Of a stretch of 64,000 nt of DNA, positions 27,739 through 42,484 are shown piece after piece. The stretch's first letter is position 1; each line of letters begins with the position of its first letter. A program made the position numbers and the translations under genes. Origin of the DNA: Octopus vulgaris (Eukaryota); assembly GCA_951406725.2 (NCBI GenBank), contig OX597824.1, positions 96,038,001 through 96,102,000 of the forward strand. The letters are read 5' to 3'. The notes below the pieces were generated by a model, which was not told the DNA's origin, did no database searches, and saw only the letters and a list, made by a program, of their open reading frames with translations.

Positions 27739-27888
27739 CTTGCTGGCATCAATTTTCACCGCATGGTTGTCTAATATATACAATGCTGGTTCAATTTGCA
27801 CCTTTACTTCAGATATGTCTTTAACCATGATGCCTAAATTAGCAGGATTGGGCGGCTGAAGGTACATTTTTAATAGATGAAGATACAC
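27739..27888 (-). CDS. VPS39: VPS39 exon: VYLHLLKMYLQPPNPANLGIMVKDISEVKVQIEPALYILDNHAVKIDASK
   Basis: Resembles vertebrate VYLSLLRMYLSPP...ALQVLELHHSKLDTTK. Sites gttgcag|GTG and AAG|gtaagt; 150 nt. Confidence 0.94.
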
Positions 27889-28302
27889 CTGCAACACACG
27901 GAGAAAACAAAGCAAAAAAAGAAGTAATTAGACCACAATGAAATGAATTAATGATTCTGAAGTGGAGACAAGCCAGGACATGTAGGATTGATGACTAATG
28001 AATATGAATTAAGGTCAACTGCACAGAAAGAAATATTTCTCACATCTCACCTTCTCTCTCCAAACATGTGTGAGTGTGTGTGTGTGTGTATGTATACAAA
28101 CATGTGTGTGTGTGTGTAGGAGGCTGTGTTTCTCAAAAAGGAGGTGAACACCTTTCTCCATGTGATCGGCTTGAAGAATTAAGACACTCAGATATTTTCC
28201 TAATTTTCTTAACATGAAACCAATGGTAGCCTTAATTCACAAATAAAGAAATTATAAAATCATATCCACCAATGCAATGTTGAGCACTCAGTTTCATCAT
28301 TC

Positions 28303-28357
<55 letters not shown>

Positions 28358-30877
28358 ATATAAATGTATGTGTGTGTGTGTGTATATATATATGGATGGA
28401 TGGATGTGTATGTATGTAGCTCCTGTGGCTACTTCTATAAACATGATTTCAGACCAAAATCCAACAATTTGGAGACTTAGGGATCGTTTTTTGGGGATTC
28501 TGTGATGGTAGCAGGTCCCATGATGCACAATGTCACTTGTACTCCACCTTTCTGTTGATTATTGATGAGCCATGCTTTATGATCTCACACACACACATAC
28601 ATACACTGTTTTTTTTATAAAATAAGCCCTCGGCTTCAAACAAATACGGTCGATCAGGTGAACTCGGCACTCAGCCAGTATTTTATTATTGGAGTACATT
28701 TGGTATTGATTTCAAATTTTGGCACAAGGCCAGCAATTTTGGAGGTGAGGGAGGCCTAAGTCAATTTATCGACCCCAGGGTTTAACTGGTACTTATTTTA
28801 TCGACCCTGAAAGGATGAAAGGCAAAGTAGACCTTGGTGGAATTTGAACTCAGACCGTAAAGATGGACAAAAGACTGCTAAGCATTTTATCCAGCATGCT
28901 AATGAATTCTGCCAGCTCACTGCCTTACAAGCCCGTTTGATATTAGCAAAGCATCAGTGTTGGGCATAAGAGTTTCCTAGCTGAGCTGCCCACCATTGGA
29001 GTTCATCAATTTCTCATCTCGCAAGGCAGAAAATTCTTCAATTCCAAACTGATGCCTTTTCAACTAAGTACAGATGAAACGATCAATGGATGAGTTCTGC
29101 CACCCCTGGAATGGTGTTGCTGCAGTTGCTACATAAATAAACATCTCAGATCACACCCAAAATAAAACCATCCAACAGGCTCTGCTCCTAGTAACAATTA
29201 ATTAGTTGCATACTGACTCCATCCAGGTCCACCTCACACACATCCATCTTTTCTCCTCTCCTTAACCCCATGTTGTGTTTCCCCCTCCCAGGTTCCACAC
29301 TAACAACTAAACCCAATCCTTTCTCGTAATGTCAAACTCTTGAAATACCTTGTTGTCCATATTGACTATCGTCTTCATAATCATCATCATCATCAACATC
29401 TGTGGTCCATGCTGGCATGGGTTGGGCGATTTGACAGGAGCTGACCAGCTAAAGGGCTGTTCAAGTTCCATGTCTGTTCTGGCATGGTCTCTATGGCTGG
29501 ATGCCCTTCCAAACCCCAACCACTTTACAGAGTCTATTGGGTGCTTTTACGCAGCACTGGCACAATTAGGGATGCTCAGCAGGGTTGAGAGTGTTGCAGG
29601 GGACGAGCCTGTATGCAAGGACAACCACACTTTTACGTAGCTTGACGTGTCCCTTCAAGCGGCCCCAGTGGTCTCACAAAGTTCATAGGAAAAATTTCTT
29701 TCTCATTTCTTTTTGTAGTCCTTAAGCCTCAGGGCCCATAAGCCCAGTTACCCAATTTCCAAGACCAAGATCAATCACCACATCACCCTTAAATGGGATG
29801 CTAGTCCATTGCAGAGTTCAAGGCCAACAATTTTTAAGGAGACAGGGCAAGTCAATCACATTGACCCCAGGACTTGACTCGTCCCTTTTTCCATCAACGG
29901 AAGGAACAAAAAGCAAAGCTGACTTAAGCAGGATTTGAACTCAGAACATAAAAAACCCCAGAAGAAACGCTGCTAAGCATTTTATCTGATGAGTTCATGA
30001 TTCAGCCAACACACGGCTTTTTTCTCTCTCTCAATAGAGAATCATAAAAAAAAAATTAATCCAATAAAAAAAATTATTATATCAAATAAACACCTTTTAA
30101 ATCATTCTCCAAGAGTTTTGATATTCTGACATAATGTAATTCTGTGAATGCTTTTAATACAGTCAAATTGTTATCTCTTGCGATAACAGAGATAAAAAAA
30201 TCAAAAAAAGGAAAACAATGGCAGAAACACTTTAATCATTTCAGTCAGCTTCAAACACCAAAGCATCAGATATGTTGAGTGGTTACCTTGCAGCCAGAGG
30301 CTAATTAGCATAATATATTCAATATTTTAGTACTAACCCTGCAGAGTTATGCAGGGATGTTTCTGTTGGTAAAAACATGTTTATGAAATGTCAAAGTGCT
30401 ACCAACAGGCTATGTCCACCTAAGCTGGATTGATTCTGATGTCATTAAATTACAATAAACTGTACAATACACAGGCTTTTTTGTACAGATGGCAAAAAGG
30501 AACATGAGCAAACACATTCACATATATACGTACCAAACACTTTGGCCAACAAGATTACCTGTCGTGTGCTTTTGGGAATTTGGGGTGGTGGAGGTTTAAA
30601 TTAGGATTGCCATTAATACAAACTACCCTGCAAAAAAAATTTTATAATCCAAACTACAAAAATAAATTTGTCATACAGAAGATTCTTACAACAACAAAAA
30701 AATATATGTATGTATTTATATATATATGTAGGAGTGGCTGTGTGGTAAGTGTGTGTATGTTTGTTCCGGGTTCAGTCCCACTGCATGGCACCTTGGGCAA
30801 GTGTCTTCTACTATAGCCTCGGGCCGACCAAAGCCTTGTGAGTGGATTTGGCAGACGGAAACTGAAAGAAGCGCGTC

Positions 30878-30923
<46 letters not shown>

Positions 30924-31150
30924 TTGTGTGTCTGTGTTCGTCCCCCCATCATCGCTTGACAACCGATGCTGGTGTGTTTACGTCCCCGTAACTTAGCGGT
31001 TCGGCAAAAGAGGCTGATAGAATAAGTACTAGGAAGCTTACTAAGAATAAGTCCTAGGGTCGATTTGCTGGGCTTAAGGCGGTGCTCCAGCATGGCCACA
31101 GTCAAGTGACTGAAACAAGTAAAAGAATAAAAGAATACATACATACATAC

Positions 31151-31207
<57 letters not shown>

Positions 31208-31710
31208 GATAAGTTAATCAGTAAATGTGTAGCAAATCCAACTAAACCAGCTACGTTTATTGATCTCCTAAGGATGATTCAGACAGTTGTTGCGACCAGA
31301 TGAAAAAAAGAAAAAAACCCACACATATCAGCCCATTATGGCTATGACACATATTCCTGTTCGATACTGACAGAACAACAACAACAACAAGTACAACAAC
31401 TGCCGGCCCCCGACAGCTGCACCGTGTCTCATTGAAAACCAGTCATTACAGCATTAATCAATGTGGATATTATGGAAGGAGGCAAATGTCAAACTGACCC
31501 CCATTTTGAGATGAAGTGAGATACAAGACGGGCAGCCATCAATCGGGGGTGGGGGAGGGACAGTTAATTCGAGAATTGGAATGAGGGTCAGAGAATTGGG
31601 AGAAGATTTAGTGCAGGGAGGAGAGAAACTAGTGCTATAAGGGCACTTACTAGTAAGCAAGTATAACCAAACCCATTTTTAAAAAAAACATGTTATAAAT
31701 CTACAAATAT

Positions 31711-31762
31711 ATGCACAAATATATATATATATATGTATGTATGTATGTATGTATATATATAT

Positions 31763-31793
<31 letters not shown>

Positions 31794-31819
31794 CATATAT
31801 ACATACACATATATATATA

Positions 31820-31871
<52 letters not shown>

Positions 31872-32110
31872 CATATATATGTATACATACATACATATAT
31901 ATACATATATATGTATACATACATACATATATATATATACATATATACATACATATATATATACATATATACATACATATATATATACATATATACACAC
32001 ATATATATATACATACATACATATATATATATATACACACACACACACATATATATATATATACACATATATATACACATACATATATATGTAAGACACA
32101 CACACATGTA
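31711..32110. repeat. Compound (AT)/(AC)/(ATAC) microsatellite; similar tracts at 20090-20460 and 20610-20840
   Basis: Direct inspection; source of the Y/I/H/T/V/C low-complexity ORFs. Confidence 0.95.
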
Positions 32111-32924
32111 TAAGCAGGTAGGGTAAAATCCAAGCTGTCTTCTCTTGAGGCACACCTGCTTATTCCATTATTACAATCCAGTCTGCAGTTGTTGTCTTGA
32201 TGTAAAGTTACAAATTAGAGTAGAAAATTTCGGAAATATTGTCTGCAGAGTTATTATATATCAAAACCAGAAGTTGGAAAAAAAAAAACACCATTACACA
32301 TATTTCGTTTGCTAATAGGAATTACAAAGTTGTAGATGTTGGATAAACATGTAGGAAATCTCTTATCAGAAATTCTTCAGACAGAGAATCAAATAATATT
32401 GATCCTCTATCAGAAGAATTCCTAACAGTTTACCCTGAAATGTTAATATGAATTGAATGAAACAAGTTTCGTGTAGATCAGTAAAGTAGTTTTTAAGCTA
32501 TTAGAGATTTTCAGGGTATAAATACCCAAAACGGTGCAGAATGGGAAAATGTTCCAAAAATATTCTTCATCCTGAAAAGGAAGAAACTCTTATCTTTCTA
32601 TTGGACAGTGAGTTTTTTTTTTTTTTCGAGTGCATTCAATGTATTTGGCTGCTATTTCTAGAACGCCCTGCTACCACATAACAGCTATTTGCAATAAAGG
32701 ACCCATAATACCTGTTACATGATAACAGAGCATGCAAGAAATAGCAGCCAAACCTTTCCTTTTCTGGGGAAAGGAGCTGTTTACACATGATTTCAATGTC
32801 ACATTTGTTGAAAGAATGCGAAATAATCCGGAAAAAAAAAACCCCCACAAGACAAAATTCCGTTGTTGGGAAATTCAGAGTTTCCCGGCAACCCAACGGG
32901 TCACGGCTGGTCTAGTATATAAAT

Positions 32925-33275
32925 ATATATACATATGTATATAATTAAGAGAAATAACCTCTATTAAGTAATTCAATTAATAGTGAAAGATATTATCTAT
33001 AATAAATCATATAGAAAGATTTAAATATATTTTAATAAATATTATTCTAAAAATCACTAAATTAAATAAACATTATTATTAAATAATGTTTATCTAAATT
33101 AGTGATTTTTAGAATAATATTTATTATAAAGTATTTAAATTTTTAGAATAACATATATTATAATACATTTAAATTTTTTCTATATGATTTAATATAGATA
33201 ATATCTTTCATTATTAATTGAATTGCTTAATAGAGGTTACTTCTCATAATTATTATATACATATGTATATATATA
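32925..33275. repeat. Extremely AT-rich foldback palindrome
   Basis: Arms gagaaataacctctattaag... / ...cttaatagaggttacttctc, centred on aaacattattattaaataatgttt; embedded in (TA)n. Confidence 0.85.
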
Positions 33276-33910
33276 TATATATTGTGAAATTTGATTTAGT
33301 ATTGCCAAATTGAATTTTCCCCTGTAAGTTTCTAGGTGCAATTCCATGGTCAAGTTTCTAGGTCCAGTCCCATGGTCATTCATGACCAAAGGGGGTCTTC
33401 TAATATCATTTAAAAAAATATTTAAGCTTTTTTTTACTTTTTTGCTTAAAATCTGCAAATTGATTTCCCTTTTTTTTTGTTCTTAACTTTTCAAACAACT
33501 GCAAAACACAAAAGTTCATCAAACATTATCTATACCCACCCCACCATCTCTCATCAGAGTCACCACTATCCTCACCTTAACGTAATTACACAGTGATTTG
33601 AGAATGCTAACTTTTCCATCCTGCTGGGTGAGAGTCAGTGATTATAACCTCCCAAAACAGCCAATTAACACACACACACACACACACAAAGATGCCTTTA
33701 TTTATTGTTGGCCTATCTTGAGGGCCAGCCACATTCCATACCAAAGTAAGAGACACAGGACCTTGTTGTAATTTCATAAAAACCACAACAACAAACTTAT
33801 TAGACTCAGTTAAAAGAATACAAACAAGTCCTCTTGACACGTAAACATATACATAAACCTTCACACACACACACACACATGCGCACGCATTTTTTGTATA
33901 TTTAGAAAAA

Positions 33911-34086
33911 GAGTGGCTGTGTGGTAAGTAGCTTGCTAACCAACCACATGGTTCCAGGTTCAGTCCCAGTGCATGGCATCTTGGGCAAGTGTCTTCTGCT
34001 ATAGCCCCGGGCTGACCAATGCCTTGTGAGTGGATTTGGTAGACGGAAACTGAAAGAAGCCTGTCGTATATATGTATATATATATG

Positions 34087-34117
<31 letters not shown>

Positions 34118-34318
34118 TTGTGTTTGTCCTCCTAGCATTGCTTGACAACCGATGCTGGTGTGTTTACGTCCCCGTCACTTAGCGGATCGGCAAAAGAGAC
34201 CGATAGAATAAGTACTGGGCTTACAAAAGAATAAGTCCTGGGGTCGATTTGCTCGACTAAAGGCGGTGCTCCAGCATGGCCGCAGTCAAATGACTGAAAC
34301 AAGTAAAAGAGTAAAGAG
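33911..34318 (+). mobile_element. tRNA-derived SINE, family A (representative). Other copies at about 30731-31137+, 49163-49553+, 25617-26150+, 52260-52650+, 7106-7440+, 40672-41082-, 60560-60972-, 46190-46575-, 14554-14809- (truncated), plus fragments
   Basis: Head TGGCTGTGTGG...GGTTCAGTCCC, conserved CCTTGGGCAAGTGTCTT block, internal (TA)/(TG) microsatellite, gagtaaaa tail; many dispersed copies. Confidence 0.85.
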
Positions 34319-37300
34319 TCTGTGATTTATCTATGTAGAAAACTTTCAAAGGATCAGTCTTTCCCATCTTCATCTTCACACTTAAGACTAAATTCTTTCC
34401 CAATGATGATAAATTATTTGTGCCATCACTTCTTCAGATATTTCCTCCTGTCTTCTGAAACAGCTGCCACACTGTTAGATCCAGCTGTTACCATATTATC
34501 AGAAATCTTTCACAACAAGATATCTTTGCAGTCAGTCTTCCAAAGCTAGCATTATTCACTTCTATCGTTTTATCAGAGTTTAGTCAACCCTTCTGGTATA
34601 TATCTAAACATCTTATTGAAAATTTCCCCCCAATTCTAGGGGTTTGCCCACAATACACCTGAACAACCTTTTGAGTTGGTCAGACCAAATCTTTAAATGA
34701 AAGACATAATAATAGTGTTCTGAAAATAGGTTTCTCAGCTCTAAGCATAAATAGGTCAGCAGTTGACGAAATATAGAGAAAAAAAAAAGACAAAAATTGA
34801 TCAGTTTTACGAAGGAAATATATTGATGAAATTTCATGTTTTTGTTGTCAGTAAAAGCGAAAATTCAATACAAAAGCAAACATCTGAATAAAGTTTGGAG
34901 ACGCAAAGCAGAAACAGAGCAGCACAAAACTAATTGCATTTGCCATAAATTGTGTCGCAAGAAACCCATGTGCCAGTCTGGGATGCTTTTACAAGCATAT
35001 AATTTCTCCGTGGATGGTTTGTTTATGTATAAGAACCACCACCACCATCATCATCACCATCATTCAGCCTTTTAGTATCTAAAGTGGCCATTTCTGACCA
35101 GAATATTCCATCTTATGTTCAGACTGGCCAGATTCTGCCTCTCACACCTACCCTACAATCAGCATTTATTTATTTATTGCCCACAAGGGGGCTAAACACA
35201 GAGAGGACAAACCAGGACAAACAAAAGGATTAAGTCAATTACATCGACCCCAGTGCATAACTGGTACTTATTTAATCAACCCTGAAAGGATGAAAGGCAA
35301 AGTCGACTTTGGTGGAATTTGAACTCAGAACGTAATTGCAGACAAAATACCACTAAGCATTTTGCCCAGCATGCTAACGTTTCTGCCAGCTTACTGCTTC
35401 AATCACCATCATCATCATTGTTTAATGTCCGCCTTCCATGCTGGCATGGGTTGGGCAGTTTGTCAGGAGCCGGCCAAGCAGGAACCCGCATCAGACTTCT
35501 GTGTCTGTAGTGGCAGGGTTTTTATGGCTGGATGCCCTTCCTAACACCAACTGCCTAGCAGAGTGGTCTAAAAAATATTCAGCAAAATATCTACCAAATT
35601 CACTCACAAGGATTTGGTTGACCTGGGGCTATACTAGAAGGCACTTACTTATCCAAGGTGCCATGCAATGGGACTGAACCCAAGACCATATGGTTGGGAA
35701 ATAAGCCTCTAACCCATACAGCCACATGTAGACTGCATTTGAATACCATCATCATCATCATCAACAACAACAAATGTAGATATTCAAATGCAATCTAAGG
35801 ACAGAGGAGAAATTTAAAATTTGATGTGAAATTGTTATTATTTATTAAGGTGCACAGCACAGTGGTTACAGTGTTGGGATCACAATCATGGGGTAGTGAG
35901 TTCGATTCCCGGACCAGGCTGTGTGTTGTGTTCTTGAGCAAGACGCTTTATTTCACGTTGCTCCAGTTCACTCAGCTGTAGAAATGAGTTGTGATGTCAC
36001 TGGTGCCAAGCTGTATCGGTCCCTTTGCCTTTCCCTTGGATAACACTGGTGGCGTGGAGAGGGGAGGCCGGAATGCATGGGTGACTGCTGACTTTTCATA
36101 AACACCCTTGCCCCGGACTTGTGCCTCAGAGGGAACTTTCTAGATGCAATCCCCCGGTCATTCACGACCAAAGGGGTCCCTCGTTACCCTCTTTGCGTTT
36201 TGTTTTGTTTTTTAACTTTTAACTCAGGCTCAATATTTTACTAATAATTCAGACAAAGATCAGATGGATAATCTACCGGACATAGTTGGCCGTTAGTAAT
36301 TTGTACCTTCCTACATGTCTTCAGAAACCAACAATCAAGTGTCTAAGCCAGGCATGGGCAACCTTTTACGAAAAGCAGGCTGCATGAGACAAGGTTCACC
36401 ATAAGGTGGGGGCCACATGACTAAAACCATTCAAGTTATTTTTCACTGGCATGTCATTCAGAAAGTCTCAAGGGCCACAGTCGGCCCAGGACTCCTCTCA
36501 GCAGCATTTCAGTTTTCTGAAAAGAACAGTGAGATCTTTCATAAATCACAACCCTCCCTTCTTAAAAAGAAGAAGAAGGAGGTCACATTGGATAAATTTA
36601 TCCCTAGATACACTAGGTAAGGGAGAGGAAAAGAAAACATGACAGCCACAAGTAAAATGACCTTGATCAAAGGTCAGCTTGAAGAGGGCTGACCTAAACA
36701 ACAACAACAATCCGTTTTCCAAATAGTCTCTTTAAATAATTAAGATACTTTAAAACGAAGAAATTCATTGATTAGTTCGTGCATTGTGAAGCATATGGAG
36801 GAATGACCCATTAAGTGAAACGAATTTAAAACATCTGTTCACAAGTGCCAGTTTAAATGTCAGCAGAAGGCCATGAGTCTTGCAACACATTTTAGTAAAG
36901 TAGATCGCAAGTCTGGAGCTAACAACCTCTGACAATTAACTGATTGTTAGCATGCAAACAGAACAGTGCTCATGTTCAACCTAGATTGCAAAAGCGATTT
37001 TATAGAGGGGTGGGCTAAAGTGGGTGTACAGTCGCTTAATACGAGTGGAATGTTCTTTGCATTTCTCTATTTCTTTATTTCGTTTTTAAGAAACACTTTT
37101 AAACCTAAGTGATTCATAAGTTGACTACGGGTTCTGCAGGAGGTACCCAGTTCATTGGGAGCCCTGTTTTTGTGATTTCTAGGTACACAACTTCTGTCCA
37201 CCCCTATATTATAAATTACATCTACCAATTAACAACAACAACAACAACAGCCGCCGGCCATGATCGGTTGGTGCTTTTTAAGTGTCACCGGCACAGACGC

Positions 37301-37388
37301 CAGTCAAGGCAGTGCTAGCCTCAAGATACCATGCAGTGGGATCGAAACTCAGACCTCCTGGTTGCAAAGAGAACTTCTTAACCATTTG

Positions 37389-37426
<38 letters not shown>

Positions 37427-40253
37427 ATGTGTACTACAATGAAAAAATATGAGAAAGATAAGGTATATAATTTTCTTTGTGCAGGGGTTCCTTGAGATAT
37501 GTAGTTTATTTTAGGGGTTACACAAGGGTAAAAAAGTTGAGAAACACTGGTCAAGGTGATGACTTTCCCAGGTTAAGCTGTAGAGACTTTAGCAATTGCT
37601 TCAACTTATCCTTATACTTAAGGAGAGATCTTCCTTTGCTGCAAATATCCCTCCACTTTATGGCCATATAGAAGAATTTTCAGAATTCGACCATTTTTCT
37701 ACTATAGTGGCACTGTATCTGATATATTGGGACCACAGTGGCACCATATTTGTCTTACTGGTACCATAGATCTGGTGGCAAGCTGGCAGAATCGTTAGCA
37801 CAGTGGGTGAAATGCTTAGCGGTATTTTGTCTGCTGCTACATTCTGAATTCAAATTCCGCCAAGGTCAACTTTGCCTTTCATCCTTTCGGGGTCGATTAA
37901 ATAAGTACCAGTTACACACTGGGGTCAATACAATCAACTATATCCGTTTATCTGTCCTTGTTTGTCCCGTCTGTGTTTAGCCCCTTGTGGGTAGTAAAGA
38001 AATAGGTACCATAGATCTGTTATCCTGACACCGTATCCAATACTGTGGCACCATATATCAATTAGAGTGATATCATGTCTGTTAGAATAATATCAAGTAC
38101 TTGCTGTAAAGTACAACAGTACTTTAATATTGAAACTAGGCCGTTTCATTTTGAGTGAACTTTTGTCGGGCTGATTGTTTACCTTCCAGGTACAATATCA
38201 TGCAATAACCATGAAATATTTAAACTATCAGCTATCTGTCTAGAAATCTAGGTACATACCGCTATATGTATGCATTCTTTTATTTCTTTTATTTCTTTCA
38301 GTCATTTGACTGTGGCCATGCTGGAGCAACGCCTTTAGTCGAACAAATCGACCCCAAGACTTATTTTTTGTAAGCCTAGTACTTATTCTATCGATCTCTT
38401 TTGCCGAACCACTATGTTACAGGGACGTAAGCACAGCAATATCAGCAATGGTGGGAGTACAAACACTGACACACATATATACATACACACACACACACAC
38501 ACACATACATACACACACACACACATACACACACACACACATATACATACACACACACACACACACATACACACACACACACATATATATACAATGGGAT
38601 ACTTTCAGTTTCCGTCTACCAAATCCACCCACAATCTCCCCAATAGATATTCTTGCTGTGGTAGAGGTGGTTGAATTAAAAAGAGAAGCTTCTTTATGGT
38701 TGCTTGACTTGCTGGAAATAGCAGCAAAATTACTTCACATCATACTCTATTGTTTTTTTTAAAAAAAGCAAGGATACTTTCATCATCATCATTTATCATC
38801 CACCATCCCACTCCAAAATTTGATGCTTTTCAAATGAAGTCCCTTGTGATATTTGTTCTACATTTGTAACACACACTCCCTTGGGAAACCAGTGATTGGT
38901 CCATTGAAAACTTGCAACCAACAACACAACTGACCCCTAATATTCAAAATGCAAAAAATTTTGATATTTCAACTTATACATGCTACAGTCATTGGACTGT
39001 GGCCAAGCCGGAACACCACCTATATGGGTTTTAGTCAAACAAGTAGCCCCTACCCAGCACCAGTACTTATTCTATCAGTCTTTTTTGCCAAACTGCTAAT
39101 TTACAGGGATGTAAACAAACCAACACCAGTTGTCAGATTGTGGTAGGAAACAAAAACACACACACACACACATTATTATCATTAAAGCGGTGAGCTGGCA
39201 GAATCATTAGCACGCCAGACAAAATGCTTAGCAGTATTTTGCCAGTCACTATGTTCTGAGTTCAAATGCCATCGAGGTTGACTTTGCCTTTTATCCTTTC
39301 GGGGTTGATAAATTAAGTACCAGTTGCGCACTGGGGTCGATGTAATTGACTAGTTCCCTCACCCAAAATTCCAGGCCTTGTGCCTACAGTAGAAAGGAGT
39401 ATTATCATTATCATCTGGTCAAGCTTACTTGGAAAATGGTGTGATGATGAAACTCCCCTCTATCGGGTCCCCAATTTACGGAAAGGGGAATAGGGGAAAG
39501 GCCTGTAGATATATATAATTAGCTGCAAATACTCAATAAGCAATCCCAGACAAAATCACGGGTTACTCTTTGCAAGGCATAGCACCCATTCGCTACTCTA
39601 TCGAGGTTATGGTGAAACCCTGAAGCTCTAAGAGTGGAAATGTTGCTATCATTGGAAACCCGGATGGTAGTAGGGAACGGAAATGCAAAGCATGGAAAAT
39701 ACTTTGTCTTTAGACTTCTTCCCACTTCGCAGAAGAAATTACACAAGATGGCAAGCTGGCAGAACCATTAGCACACCGGGTGAAATGCTTAGCGGTATTT
39801 CGTCTGTCGTTACGTTCTGAGTTCAAATTCCGCCGAGGTCCACTTTGCCTTTCATCCTTTCGGGGGTCGATAAATTAAGTAGCAGTTACGCACTGAGATC
39901 AATATAATCGACTTAATCTGTCTGTCTGTCCTTGTTTGTTCCCTCTGTGTGTAGCCCCTTGTGGGTAGTAAAGAAATAAGAAGAAATTACACATTTATCA
40001 ATCTTGGTCTGTGAAAGCCTGTCAGTTTGACTGGCACCGCAATCGTCTGTAGGACCTGTGGCCATTGATGAGAAATTGGTAATCAAAAGACATTCCATAA
40101 CTATACATATAACATCATCATCATCAGCAGCATTTAACGTCTGTTTTCCATGCTGGTATGGGTTGGACAGCTTGACAGGAACTGGCAAGGCCAGGGGGCA
40201 GCACCAGGTTCCACAGTCTGTTTTGGCTTGGTATCTACAACTGGATGCTCTTC

Positions 40254-40284
<31 letters not shown>

Positions 40285-41216
40285 CTTCTACACAGTTTCT
40301 CTTTATCAAATTCGCTCCAAAGGCCTTAAATGTTAAGGTTTAGCAAACATCTTACACACAAAGACAACACCGGAATCTTTTATTGTAATGATTTCTGGTA
40401 AACACAAATTGTTGGGAGTGAAGAAAATTCTCAAGTGGTTAGGTTCTTTTATTTTTCTTTTTTTTCTTTTTATCTCCGACGACTTCACATTAATCGGTCA
40501 GTCTGAATGTTATCAGAGAAGAGACGACAACAATGTGATGTTGGAGTATTTGAAAATGTCACATGTTCAAACAATACATTTACTAAACAAACATGGAATA
40601 ATGAGAAAAATAAATACTGAAGGAGTGAGGGAGGAGGAGCTGACAACCAAACACTGCTTTCATACAATACTCTCTTTACTCTTTTACTGGTTTCAGTCAT
40701 TTGACTGCGGCCATGCTGGAGCACCGCCTTTAGTCGAGCAACTCGACCCCGGGACTTATTATTCGTAAGCCTAGTACTTATTCTATCAGTCTCTTTTGTC
40801 GAACCGCTAAGTGACAGGGACGTAAACACACCAGCATCGGTTGTCAAGCAATGCTAGGGGGACAAACACAGACACACAAACATACACACACACATATATA
40901 CATATATATACATATATACAACGGGCTTCTTTCAGTTTCCGTCTACCAAATCCACTCACAAGGCATTGGTCGGCCCGGGGCTATAGCAGAAGACACTTGC
41001 CCAAGGTGCCATGCACTGGGACTGAACCCGGAACCATGTGGTTTGTAAGCAAGCGACTTACCAGATAGCCACTCCTGCGCCTACATACATACATATGTAA
41101 TGTATAATGAATTTTGGAATTTATTTGTTTCATTGGACAGCTGCCATGTTGGGGCCACACCTTGAAATAAATTGACCCAGGTACTTATTTTTTAAGTTGG
41201 ATATTTACCCTAATGC

Positions 41217-41690
41217 CATCATCATCATCATCATCATTTAACGTCCGCTTTCCATACTAGCATGGGTTGGACGATTTGACTCAGGCTGGTGAACCGGACT
41301 CCAATCTGATCTGGCAGAGTTTCTACAGCTGGATGCCCTTCCTAACGCCAACTACTCCGAGAGTGTAGTGGGTGCTTTTACGTGCCACCGGCACGAGGAC
41401 CAGTTTAATGGTACTGGCAATAGCCACGCCCAAATGGTCCTTTTTATGTGCCACCTGCACAGGAGCCAGTCCAGCAGCACTGGTGACAAACTGGCTTGAA
41501 TGTTTCACGTCCCACCAGCACAAGTGCTAGTAAGGCGACGCAGGTAAGGATCATGCTCTGATGGTGTGTTTAACGTGCCATCGGCACGAAGGCCAGCTTT
41601 TTGCTCTGGCAACGATCTCACTCGTATGGTACTCTTAGCGCTCCACTAGCAACGGATGCCAGTCACCGAGTTTGACTTCGACTTTGATTT
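41217..41690 (-). mobile_element. (GAT)n-tailed retroposon, family B, with internal 45-50 bp tandem subrepeats (representative). Other copies at about 4515-4970, 16910-17270, 19020-19485, 21480-21672, 26600-27020, 43715-44070, 47551-47885, 62900-63567
   Basis: Shared 3' end gtggttggcgttaggaagggcatccagctgtagaaac...aacggacgttaaacgatgatgatg, with variable 5' truncation. Confidence 0.8.
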
Positions 41691-42438
41691 CCATCTTTTG
41701 CCAAAATGCTAATTTACAGAAACATAAACAAACCAACAATGGTTGTCAAGTCCGCCAGTACTGATGCCATGTAGAAAGCATGCAGTCCATTCTGTAAAGT
41801 GGTTGGCACAGAGAGGGTATTCAGCCATGAAAACCATGCCAAAACAGACCTTGCCAGCACACTCTGTAAAGTGGTTGGCATTAAGAAGGGAATCCAGTTG
41901 TAAAAACCATGCCAAAACAGACATTGGAGCATCATGTGGTCCGCTAGCTTGCCAGCTTCTTTTAAACTGTCTAACCCATGGATGACGGGTGTTTGGTGAT
42001 AATGAAAATGACAATGATGGTGGTGGTGGGAGAGTGACAAACACAAACATATACACATATATACATATAGCCATTTATGTATCATACCTAATGTACATAC
42101 ACTGTCAATAGGCCAGTTACTGCAGTATTTGATCAGAGATAACATCCCTTATGGACTGATGTTATCCAAGGGAAAGGCAAAGGCCGATACATCTTGGCAC
42201 CAGTGATGTTGCAACTCATTTCTACAGCTGAGTGAAATGGAGCAGCATGAAATAAAGTGTCTTGCTCAAGAACACAACACACAGTCCGGTCCAGGAATCG
42301 AACTCACAACCTCACAATCGTAAGCTCGATGCTCTAACCACTGAGCCATTAAAAAGACTCAAAAAGGCAGCAATGCCTCTGGCACTCAGCCAAGCCTGTG
42401 CCCAAATCAATACAAAAAAAAAAACTTCATTTACTTAC

Positions 42439-42484
42439 ATCTTTATTACCTTCTTTAGCTCCATCATAATGGTTGATACAATAC
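42439..42484 (-). CDS. VPS39: VPS39 short exon: (Q)YCINHYDGAKEGNKD
   Basis: Resembles vertebrate YCHKHYDRNKDGNKD. Sites tatttttag|G and GAT|gtaagt; 46 nt, which restores phase 2 to 0 between the flanking exons. Confidence 0.92.

Noticed and set aside
31679-32155. Cluster of 126-158 aa ORFs in several frames
   Set aside because: Translations of an (AT)/(AC) microsatellite that lacks stop codons by composition.
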